The position numbers and the translations under genes were made by a program. 64,000 bases of DNA from Folioceros fuciformis (Eukaryota), in NCBI GenBank assembly GCA_049999805.1, contig JBNGIO010006046.1, positions 1-64,000 of the forward strand, given 5' to 3'. This document shows, piece by piece, positions 21,782 through 32,727 of the stretch (positions are counted from its first letter, which is position 1; the number at the start of each line of letters is the position of its first letter). The notes beneath the pieces were generated by a model. The model did no database searches. It saw only the letters and a list, made by a program, of their open reading frames with translations, and was not told the DNA's origin.

Positions 21782-23591
21782 GAGCTATTGGTACACACAA
21801 AAATAATGAGGCACATAACTCGAGGCCGGCGCAGATGGTGTTGGCTTGGGCATCCCATATGTCATGGGGCCATGCCCACGCGCACCCACTACGCATGTCC
21901 ACACCGTCCGCATACGTTACCGTTCAACGGCAACAGCTTGCCACGCCCGTTTGGACGCCCGCTCCCTTACACGCCGTCCCCATGTTATGCGAGGGGGATT
22001 AATTTTGTTTCGAAACATCAAAGACCCATACTATCATCTATTGCAGTGCTTGGGTGTCGCTTGCGCCCGCCGCCAGCCGACGAATTCAAGGGGCCAGGAT
22101 TCAGACAGAAAGTAGGTTTCATGCACAATGGCAGTGTGATCCAGTATGCAGCGCCCGCACAATGGTAGTATATGGTTGTGCATTCACGAAGCCTTTCCAT
22201 GTTTTCACGCAGCCTTAACCCTTTAGGAAGAAAGCTTGCTCATGTCAAATTCTTGGTCGATGTTTGGTGTCTAGTTTCACAGCTCATTTGAAGGCAAATC
22301 TTTCAAGGTTTGTTTCGTCGAAAATGGCCATCAAACTCTTGCTCCCGTCAAATTCTTGGCTGATGTTTGGTGTCTAATTTCACAGCTCATTTGAAGGCGA
22401 ATCTTTGAGAGGGTTTGTCTCTCCGAAAACGGCCATCAAACTCCCTAACAATGAGTGGAAAATGGATGCATAACAACAAGATTGTAGTAGAACGTTTCTT
22501 GCAGATCAATTCATGCACTATTTACAGAATGACCTAGCCAATATCTGGAATTGAAGCCCTTTGCATGGGCTACAGAATGATATGTCTGGTTTGGCATCCA
22601 AATGCTTGCGGTATCATCGAAAAACAAACAACAATAAGATTGCAGTAGAACTTTCTTTCCAAATCGCTTCTTGCACTATTTGCAGAGTGCCTTGGCTAAT
22701 ATCTGAAATCGAGGCTCTCTACACGGGCTATAGAATGATATGTCTGTACTTTGGTTTGGCATCCAAATGCTTGCGGTATCATCAAAAAATGGATGCACAA
22801 GAATGAGAATCCAGCAAGAGGTTTTTGCTGATCTTTGCATGCATAGTTCATGTATTTCTGTGCCCAGTATCTTGAATTGAAGGTCTATGTAGGGATTACA
22901 GAATAATATGTCTGTATTTTATTTTGGACCCCAAACAACGGAGTTTTGGTTGTCAGATGAATCCGACAATCGTGTTTGCAAATGACAAAGAAAACATGGC
23001 CAGCCTTTGCACAATCAGAAAGAATTGGCATTTCTACTAATTGATTCACTAAAGGCAGCCTTCCCTCAGCTTGTTCAGCAAATGTAGGGCGCTTTGCCTT
23101 TGGAGGTAGTTTCCATATTTTCTCAAAACGATTTCTTCCTCTTCAAGCTATTGTCGAACGCTTTACCGAATCTGTGAATCACGAAGCAATCACAACTCTT
23201 GCAACCGGAAGAACTGAAAACTTACACTTTACTGACAAGATGAACTACAAGCCCCCCACACCTAATCAATCCATTGCAGCACTTGCCGTAAGCACACGCC
23301 TCTAATTGAGCGGGGAAGGTATGGAGGCTTTCATGAACATGTGTTTTGAAACCAAAGCGTTTTCCTCACGCGCTTTCGATTTCCTGGAATAACTATGCCA
23401 TGGCACAACTTAGGAACGGAGTTTGGCTGAGCGGGCGTCTAAACGAGCGCGACAAGCTGTTGCCGTCCAACGGCAACGTGTGCGGGATGGTGTGGACATG
23501 CGCAGTGGGTGCGAGTGGGCCTGGCCCCATGACATATGGGATGCCAGGCCAAAACCATTTGCGCTGGCCTCGAGTTATGTACCAATAGCTC
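21782..23591. mobile_element. Non-autonomous Mutator-like element with ~200-bp terminal inverted repeats
   Basis: 21782-21990 is the diverged reverse complement of 23400-23591 (both begin GAGCTATTGGTACA). CTGCTGGCAT occurs at both flanks, offset by 10 bp on the left. Internal ~100-bp and ~140-bp repeats; no transposase seen. Confidence 0.8.
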
Positions 23592-24763
23592 CTGCTGGCA
23601 TCTTCAAGGGTCCATGCAGGAGAAAGAGAAACAAATCCTCACTGCACTTGCGTCGACGTCAAATAGCATCAATCAAGTATATTGAACTTCATTTCTCCTT
23701 GACTGACGCAGCTGGCGTTCATGCTTGTACTGTCAGGTGGGCCTTTTTCTTGCACCTGGCGCGTCAATGCAGGACAGCTTGTGCTTTCCGTAATGTTGAA
23801 GACAAGGCCAACGTGCATGCGAGGAGAGCGTGCGATGAGAGTGCACGGGAGTCTGACACATGTAGACAGAATAAGAGCACCAGGAACCCAACCTGCGGTT
23901 TTTCTGTCTTGATAGATGAGACGATTAGGCCAAAAGGGAGCATGCGAACTGTGAGTCTTTTCATAATCTTTGACGAAGTCCGTTTCTTCTACTGAAACTT
24001 GCGGTGCGTGCCTGGCGATGAATCGTTCCAAGTGGTGCGATGTCAGGCTTGTTTCCAAGTGCCTGGTCAAGCCCTAGATCAGCTATCGGGTAGTTTACGT
24101 CGCTGATTTCAACGGGTTTTCGGCCCAGTCTGGTGAACTGGCTGACGAGGTAGCGAGCGAGGACTTTGAGCGAGTTAGCCGAATTTCCGCTTTCATGCAC
24201 CGCAGCCGCCTCAATGTCTTGCGAGGAATGCACTTCATCTTATTAACAGGTGCTACGCGGCAAGCCACATGGCAATCCTCACCCTCTCCAGATGCAGGCT
24301 AAGTTGTTGAGTTAGAGCTAACGAGACAAAAGGTTGGAAACATGGTGACATCTATCAAGCGCACAAGCAACTTACAGTGGGATGCCAGTTCAACCCTGGT
24401 ACCTTCATCATAGAAACGCCGTAGACCGGGAGAAATTCATGCGCTTTCTACAAGAACAAGAGTCAAGCCAGAATTGTTGCCCTCCCAGCCATGGCTGCGG
24501 ACACCTTGACTGCTGGTCAGATGCACCAAAGGCATTCAGAGTCAGAGGAGATCCTGGTCCAACCCAACTCAACCAAATCAGAGTCCAAAGGGACCGACAA
24601 ACCGGACTGAGCCCATCTTCAGAGAAAGCTGGAAAACTGAAGGGAATAAAACCACTTCACAGGGTGAGAAGGAAACGAGCTTAGACGCTCCATTCCTTCC
24701 AAACATACTACACGAAGTTGCTACTACCTTCATGTACCAACCTCTAACAACTTGAGGCGTGAA

Positions 24764-25642
24764 TCAGTTCTTGCCCACATCATTCTTCATTTGAACTAAA
24801 ATCCTTGCAGCTTCAGCTACGCTCATCTGGTCGCAATCATTGTTATCAAGCTGTAGCATGAGAAGGCCTTCAAGAGCTTCACTCTCTAGCGTGGTCAGCA
24901 CTTCATCCTTTTCAACCGGGCCACGAGCTCCTCCGCGCTTGGTTCGTGAACATACACCTAAGAAAAATTGATCCACACATAATCATCAAATACACCTCAT
25001 CAATATTTGGCAATGCTTCTTCTATCTTTCTTCCGTCTACAAACACAACGCAAAAACAAAGATGTTACCTTCCATCCTTGCAGATGTCGAAGGGGATGAC
25101 ACATCTTTCTGCGAAGAAGCCTTGGAACCCTTCTTCGTCCTTTGGTTTGATACCTTGGAGTGTAATCTAAACCCATGAAGCATATAGTCCACATTTTTGC
25201 AATTGAGGCTGCAATAAGTCTTCAAGCTCTTGCACCCTCCAGATTCAGCACTATGGTGACTTATTATATCTCCAAAGTTGGTGCTTGGAAAATCCTGTAT
25301 CTTGGGGGACAAGAGCAAGTGGTCCTTCCCATTGCATCGGAAAAGAGTGATGTCATAGAAGGGAATCGGTGATGACAAGTTCTCAATCTCCGAAGTCCAA
25401 ACACCATATCGTCGATTTACTTTTCGCACTGTCAAAACTTCATGTCCCACGTGCAAATCCTGGAGGCATTGCTTACAAAATGGTGCACCCTTGCATTTTG
25501 TACAAAATAAATTGCACCTGCGTTTCCTTGGCACTGTGGAAAGATGCAACTTGCACTTGATATGATACTCGTGCGCAAGGAAAATTGGTAACCAATCCAG
25601 CTCTTGGTGCCATATAACTTGCGTTCCTGGCTTTGGGTCCAT
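24764..25642 (-). CDS. PLATZ zinc-binding transcription factor-like protein (~255 aa with predicted intron 24958-25068)
   Basis: WLPIFL..CKLH..CNLFCTKC..FCKQC..HVGHEVLTVRK..DITLFRCNG..YCSLNCK. A GTAAC...TTAG intron links in frame to ORF 24764-24976 (EALEGLLML, EAARILVQM). Confidence 0.75.
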
Positions 25643-26394
25643 CTCTTCCTAGAGATAACTACAAGCTACACAACATGATCATTAAGACTTTCAAACATAA
25701 CAATACAATGTAATCTAACNNNNNNNNNNACATGATCATTAAGACTTTCAAACATAACAATACAATGTAATCTAACATAATCGTCAATCATTCAACATTA
25801 AATTCATCAATTCCAAGAAAAACAAAACAAGAAAATAGAATTGAAGCATGATCTACTTACTTACAAGTCTACTGGCCTACTCCCCCCATCGCTTACTCTC
25901 TTGCTTGTCTGCAGGTAACACATCAAAACTCTCAGTTGGTGACTCAAAATGGGTGTTCTTCCTCACATATATAGCATTACACAGCGCTCATGATTCAGTT
26001 TGTTTCGCACATACATTTTTTTACTTTACAAATCATACATTGATATATTGTGTCATTTTATAATTTGATATTATTTATTTTATCAATCATATTAATAAAT
26101 TTATCAATACATTATTCAATGATATATTATAATATATTGATATTTTTGTATTATTATGTTACTTATAATACCCCTATCGGTTTAATTAAATAATGCTTTT
26201 TTTATTACACAAGATGGAGCACTCTATGCATTGTTACACCCATGTATGCCTTCTTTGCTTAATCCATGAGGCCCTACCTCCACGTTATTTCACTTTTAAC
26301 AAACACCCAACACATTGTGCTAAATCAAAGATATAGCATCCAACCGTCATGTTGTTCTCCCTATTTTTGGAGTAGAGGAGACTTTCCATCTCTT

Positions 26395-27470
26395 TTTCAA
26401 TAATAGAAAATAACTTTTAGATTGGACCTCCATGTTACTCTACTTTGAACATCCAACTTCCAAATATTAAGTATACTTTGATTTGTTTGTAGACAGTTTT
26501 CATTGCACTACACCTTGCATTGGCTAATGCCATGTACAAAACAACGAGAATGACAATGGCAACAAAGTCTATCTCAAGAGAGGTGTGATTGACAATGGCA
26601 CGAGAGGCGATGTTAATTGGCTAATATCATGTATAGGACAATGAGAATGACAATGGCAACAAAGGCGATCTCAAGAGAGGTGTGATCGACAATGGTAGGA
26701 GAGGCGATCTCAAGAGAGGTGGGATCAACAATGGCAAGAGAGGCGATCTCAAGAGAGGTGGGATCAACAATGGCAAGAGAGGCGATCTCAAGAGAGGTGG
26801 GATCAACAATGGTGAGAGAGGCGGGATAAGTGATTCCAGTCATAGTAGACCCTTCCTCCTTCTGCACCATGACAACAACAATGGTAGGAGAGGTTGTGTT
26901 AGCAACTCCATTGATAGGTAGTCTCTTCCTCCTTCTGGACCATGAGAACAACAATGGTAGGAGAGGCTTCCNNNNNNNNNNATGATGACCACAATGGTAA
27001 GAGAGCCATTGATAGGTAGACCCTTCCTCTTTTTGGACCATGACAACAACAATGGTAGGAGAGGGTGTGTCAGCAACTCCATTGATAGGTAGACCTTCCT
27101 CCTTCTGGACCTTGACGACCATGATATCTTAGATGCTATTGGTCGTTATAGAAAATAACTTTTAGATTGAACCTCCATATTACTCCACTTCTAACTTCTA
27201 ACATCCAACCTCCAAATAAGTGTACTTTGAAGATAATACCAATACGTAGACGGTTTTCATTGCAGTACAACGGGCATTAGTTGATACCATATACAAAACA
27301 ACATTGGCTAATGCTATATACAAAACAACGTTGGCTAATGCCATATTCAAAACAACAATAGTGATAATGGCAAGAGAGGCAAGATTAACAATTCCAAGAG
27401 AGGCAAGATTAACAACTCCAAGAGAGGCAAGATTAACAACTCCAAGAGAGGCAAGATTGACAACTCCAAT
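26395..27470. repeat. Low-complexity minisatellite region (30-bp, 21-bp and longer units) with a duplicated flanking block
   Basis: GAGGCGATCTCAAGAGAGGTGGGATCAACAATGG repeats; CAAGAGAGGCAAGATTAACAA x4; ATAGAAAATAACTTTTAGATTG block at ~26403 and ~27148. Confidence 0.8.
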
Positions 27471-28783
27471 GATAGTAGACTCCAGGATTGTAAACGCTTC
27501 CACATTTTGGACCATGGCAGCAATAATGGGAAGAGACTCAATGTATGTGTCTATTAGGATGACTTTGTGATGATTTGTCTCTCCCTAGAAGGGTAGACGG
27601 GTTTCCCATGTTGTATAAAGTGGAACAAGGATGTTCATAAACTAGCAAGCACCTACCATTCTTAATCTACAACATCAAGCTAGGACATTGTTGTAGCGAA
27701 GCTTCATTGTTGGTATGCTTAAGGCTAAAAGCCTTGTGGGCTAGCCCACAAGAGGCCTAACAATACCAGGTGTACTTAAGGTTGAAAGCCTCTTGATTGT
27801 GAAGAAGCATTTCCATGCGTCCGCAAAGTGATAACTGTCGCACAAGCAGCACTGGAATTATGTAGCACTATTCCACCGCTCTAGAGTACCACCACGGTAG
27901 TCACTTGCGAATCCGTCCTGGTGTCGTAGAGGAAGACGATAGTTGAGTTAAGGGTCATATTTGCCTAGGCACCAAACCTGCGCATTTGGAAGGACACCCT
28001 CCAATCCGAGTAGGCCAGTTGTCTAAACACAAATAACCCCGCGAAATCCCACCAGATTGGGGCTGAGAAGGCGTTACTTGAAGGCCCTGCATTTCATTTG
28101 TGGCCCATAAGGCCTTTCGAGTTTTTGCTGTCGTCCTAAGCGGCCTTGGGTACCTACAGCATGCTCGGAATTCGGAAATACGACGGCTATTCTTGCTTCC
28201 ACGTTGTAGAGCCGAAGCGCTGCTTGGGACATCCTGCAATTAGAGTAGTCCAAGTTACCACATATCGAAAAAAGAACCGTCAAGCAAGTTCTGAGCTTTC
28301 TCGAAGCTGCTACACTCTGCAAGCCATTGCATCATATCGTTGGCTAGGGGCTCATCACCTCGGTCTCCTTGTCCTTGGATTTCTCGATGCGAGTGTTTTC
28401 CATCCTCCAACGTTAAGTACCCGCGTGAAGCAAAAATGTCAATGAAACCTCGCACAGCCAAGGCTTCGTTCGTAGGCCATACACGAAGCTCTTCTAGGAT
28501 CACCCGTAGCCGAGACATCAAAGTGTTCCAGAGAAGAATACTGATCCACTGCTGAAGCCTTTCAACGTTACCACGAATACCTGGCCATCGAGCTTCTTGC
28601 CTGATCTGTACGCCCAATGTGTGGGCTGCTCGTCCCCTGTTTAACGTGGACTGGAATCATGGAAGGCCACACGCATGCACCTGGAGTGGCAGAGAGGGTG
28701 AACACATCTGCTTGGTTGTGGTCACTGCACGAATGCTTGGGCACGTGCTGCCGCCACCGTCGATACAAATCCTTGCCTTGTCA

Positions 28784-31513
28784 TCAGCCTACCAGCACGA
28801 GTTCGGAAGCCACACACATCCTTCGTACTTCAGCTTGGAGAAGCCAAGTCTCAGCGTTGCTTGACTGGATCTTTGGATGATTCATTTCCCCCGCCAAAAA
28901 GCTATGCACTATTCCATCCAGATCAGTCCACCAACTCTGACCAGGATACTTCCATGCCCCGGTTCTTATTCTGCATGCTTGCATGTCTTGCGCTTTCTCC
29001 AACATCTTGGTGCCGGTGTATATGTTGGACATCAACACATATGCTGAGGCATTTGCCTTGTCTAGCTTCACTACTTCATCAAAGGCATGGCGCCCGACCT
29101 CCACGTTGCTCCACTTCTGACAAGCACCCAACACAGTGTGCCAAACTGCAGCATTAGGCAGTACAGGCATTGTTCTAATCACAGCCAAAGCTTCATCCAG
29201 TCGACCTAAACGGCCCAGAAGATCGATCATGCATGTGTAGTGCTCCACCGTGGGAATAATGTTGTACTGTCTGTCCATAGCTTCCAGATATTCTTTCCCC
29301 TTGATTACTAGACCTGCATGACTGCATGCTGTCAGTACGCTGAGGAACGTGATTCCCACTGGGTGTATGCCGTCCTCCCTCATTCTCTGGACCATATTAA
29401 AGACATTGTCAGCGTATCCTTGACAAGTGTAACCTGCAATTAGAGCACTCCATGTCACAACGTCTCTTTCCGGTAACGCATCGAAAACCTGCTGTGCATC
29501 ATCCATGCTCCCAGACTTTCCATACATGTTTATCAAGCTGGCGGCAACAAACAAATCACGATGCAGCCCTCGTTCCACGATCTGTGCATGGAGCTGCCTT
29601 CCGAGATGCAGCGCAGCCACGTTTGCACATGCCTGCAGGAGGCAGACAAACGTCGTGCAATCAGGTACAGCGATGCCCTCTTCTTGCATAGCATTGTAAA
29701 GAGTAAGGGCTTTGTGCCCTAGTCCCTGCTGAGAATACCCTGCTATTATGGAAGTCCAAGTCACCTCGTCTTTTTCGCTTAATCCTTCAAACACTCTCTC
29801 AGCCTCTTCCAAACTACCACACTTTACATACATGTTCACCAGACCGTTTGCTAGAAATGAATCTGCTTGATGTCCTTGATCCCTCATTTGCGCATGAAGC
29901 TGTTTCCCTGTCTCTAATGCAGGAGTTCCTAGACTCGCACAAGCCTGCAGGAGGCACATGAATGTCACACAAGTGGGTGCGGCGATACCTTCCTCTTGCA
30001 TAGCACCGTACAGACGCAGGGCTTCCTGGCCCATTCCCTGCTGGGAATACCCTGAAATCAGGGTATTCCAAGTGACGACACCCTTTTGGCCAAGGCCGTC
30101 AAATATTTTGTGAGCTTCTTCCAAGCTGCCACACTTCGCGTACATGTCCACTAACCCATTGGCTACAAACACATCTGCTTGATATCCTAAATCTACGATG
30201 TCTGCATGAATCTGCTTCCCCATCTCCAAAGCGGGGTTCCCCACAATTGCGCACGCCTGCAGGAGGCACACGAATGTCACGGAATTGGGTGCGGTAATGC
30301 CTTCTTGTAGCATAACGCTGTAGAGATAAATTGCTTCCCGGCCCATGCCCTGCTGGGAATACCCTGCCAACATAGCATTCCAAGTCACCACGTCCTTTGG
30401 AAACAGTCCATCAAAAACTCTCTGAGCGTCTTCCACGCTACCACACTTCGCATACATGTTCACCAAGCTGCTGGCTACAAACGCGTCGGTGTGGTATCCT
30501 CGTTCTCTAATCTGTGCATGAAGCTCCTTCCCCGTCTCCAAAGCTGGGCTGCCCACACTGACACACGCCTGCAGGAGGGACACAAATGTCACGCAGTTCG
30601 GTGCAGCCATGCCTTCTTCTAGCATAAGACCGTAAAGACGTAGTGCTTCCTGGCCCTTGCCCTGCTGAGAGTACCCTGCAATAAGAGCCGTCCAGGTCAC
30701 CACATCTTTTTCACCAAGACCGTCGAACACCCCTCGAGCGTCTTCCAAGTTGCCACACTTGGCATACATGCCCACCAGACAGTTGCAGACAAACAAATCA
30801 GGCTCCACGCCACTGCCCAACACATCAGCATGAACCTGCTGCCCAGTTTCCAAGTCCAATCCGCTTGCACAAGCCTGAAGGGCTGCCACAAACACATGGC
30901 CGTCTGGCTCCACCCCCGTCTTGCGCATCCGACGGTACAGTTCAATCGCCTTCTTGCCGTGCCCGTGCTTCACATGAGCAGAAATTATTGACGACCACAT
31001 GAAAGAATCCGGTTCAGCAACCTCGGCGAACACATCCATCGCATCTTCCAACCTGCCCCGAAAAGCATACATTCTCAAAATGTGGTTGCACAGGAAAGCG
31101 TCCGACTGATATCCCGCCTTCACCGTCAAGGCATGGACGCGGCATCCAAGATGAAGATCCTCCTTTCCCACCACGCATTTTTTCAGCACAGTGTAAAAGT
31201 AAAATCGGGAAACACAGCAGCCCGCCTGCACCAGCACTCCCAAAGCCTCAACAGCCTGGGTGAAATGGCCTTGCCGACACAGCTGGCTCACGGTTTCCGC
31301 GGTTACACCCCTTCCATATCCTCCAGGCCTGCCAAGCTCAGGATCATCCGGCAAGCTCCAGCTGAATTTGCAGCTACGCAGCCCCACGTTGCTTGACGAC
31401 GTGCATCTTCTGCGACCGGCTGCCTGTCGTGCGAAGGGGCTCCACGGAAATTGTCCCCATGACCAGTCCTGGTACCCTGTACATAACTCAAGTGCCGCGC
31501 TACCCATAGCCAT
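28784..31513 (-). CDS. PLS-class PPR protein (20 PLS motifs + E1/E2 + WW-type PG box, DYW truncated)
   Basis: Same motifs as the other two PPR genes, ending YPGQSWWTDLDGIVHSFLAGE. Open to GTG 31561; first ATG 31513. Confidence 0.95.
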   Translation of the reverse strand: MAMGSAALELCTGYQDWSWGQFPWSPFARQAAGRRRCTSSSNVGLRSCKFSWSLPDDPELGRPGGYGRGVTAETVSQLCRQGHFTQAVEALGVLVQAGCCVSRFYFYTVLKKCVVGKEDLHLGCRVHALTVKAGYQSDAFLCNHILRMYAFRGRLEDAMDVFAEVAEPDSFMWSSIISAHVKHGHGKKAIELYRRMRKTGVEPDGHVFVAALQACASGLDLETGQQVHADVLGSGVEPDLFVCNCLVGMYAKCGNLEDARGVFDGLGEKDVVTWTALIAGYSQQGKGQEALRLYGLMLEEGMAAPNCVTFVSLLQACVSVGSPALETGKELHAQIRERGYHTDAFVASSLVNMYAKCGSVEDAQRVFDGLFPKDVVTWNAMLAGYSQQGMGREAIYLYSVMLQEGITAPNSVTFVCLLQACAIVGNPALEMGKQIHADIVDLGYQADVFVANGLVDMYAKCGSLEEAHKIFDGLGQKGVVTWNTLISGYSQQGMGQEALRLYGAMQEEGIAAPTCVTFMCLLQACASLGTPALETGKQLHAQMRDQGHQADSFLANGLVNMYVKCGSLEEAERVFEGLSEKDEVTWTSIIAGYSQQGLGHKALTLYNAMQEEGIAVPDCTTFVCLLQACANVAALHLGRQLHAQIVERGLHRDLFVAASLINMYGKSGSMDDAQQVFDALPERDVVTWSALIAGYTCQGYADNVFNMVQRMREDGIHPVGITFLSVLTACSHAGLVIKGKEYLEAMDRQYNIIPTVEHYTCMIDLLGRLGRLDEALAVIRTMPVLPNAAVWHTVLGACQKWSNVEVGRHAFDEVVKLDKANASAYVLMSNIYTGTKMLEKAQDMQACRIRTGAWKYPGQSWWTDLDGIVHSFLAGEMNHPKIQSSNAETWLLQAEVRRMCVASELVLVG

Positions 31514-32727
31514 GGCAAGGGGAGGAAGGAGCACGCGCAGAGCCAACTCATGCACTGCCACGGTGCATTTCTACGACCCATGATCTTGCTCCACCACCAC
31601 GCCCCAACATGACAGCGCATCTGACAACGCACGGTCGGATCAAATACTGTCACGTACTGCCGTGAGAGACAGATGGCTTCTGAAATGATCATGAAGCTAT
31701 CGAGCACACGGCTACATGCGATCACACCTTGCTGCCAAATGGAGACCCTCAAGACTAGACAAGGCAGGGATGGGATTACTGGGCAGTCCTTCCCCTCTGT
31801 GATGATCAAAGAAGGGAAAAGCTTGCCAGCATGTGCCGTACTCGGAACCGACTCGATAGGCAAACAGGAGAAATCATGGGCTCCATTGCTCTCGACAGAA
31901 GCATTCTTGAGATTGGCTGCGTCGCAATGGCCTCAGCATGGGTGAGGAAGATGCAACCACAAGCGGTGTCAGCGATTCGAATCGTCTAATAGCCCGCACA
32001 AATATCCGCACTGTGGCACCAATCAGGCTCCGTACCAGATTTGTTCCACGACAGACAAAAATGAACCGTAGGTCGGGTCGGGGGTCCGGACAACTGTTAT
32101 GCAGGGAATGCAATAACCGGATCTAATACAAGGGACAGGCGCGAGGAGCGCGCCAAAACAAGGCACGTCGGGCTCGCAAACTGCAGGACAGAAGAGGGAG
32201 GAGGAAGGGGACATGGCGGCCGGCACTCTATCTGTCGGTGGGTAGGTCGGAGATTGAAAGAAGTCCGTGTGTGAGTCACGTTGGGCGCGGCGGGGAGGGA
32301 GGAGTCAGGCCCTCAGGGCCCGGCCCGGCCCGGCCCGGCTGATGACGCTCTCCGCATTCCAGAGCAGAGCTAGCTGTCCGGTTAACGAGGCCCTGAACAC
32401 AGCCTATGCCGGATCGAGGTGTAGCCTATAGGGCGGTCCAAGTGTGATCTGGCCTCCCCTGCACGAATCTCCTCTGGTGTCCTTTATGCCGCCATCAACG
32501 CTAGCCTTCCTTTCGTGCTACAAACCTCTTTCCTCGCAGCACACAGTCCTTCTATTTCCAGCCTGTCGTGTCTCCTCTTTCTGCTCTCCCCGGCTTCCAC
32601 CTGTCTTCTTTCTACCATCGCAACTTGCTGCCTGACCGGGATGATGATGGGGGTTAGACGCACTGTCTCTTTTCCCGCAGGATGCAGGGCTTCAGCGGAG
32701 CGGCCGCCAGCCGCGTGATCGACAGCC

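Noticed and set aside
23600-24240. Overlapping ORFs next to the MULE, and similar ones at 27955-28617
   Set aside because: No recognisable motifs or consistent gene structure
26613-27570. Repetitive ORFs (SLEIASLAIVDPT, REARLTTP)
   Set aside because: Products of minisatellites with unit lengths divisible by three; no domain evidence
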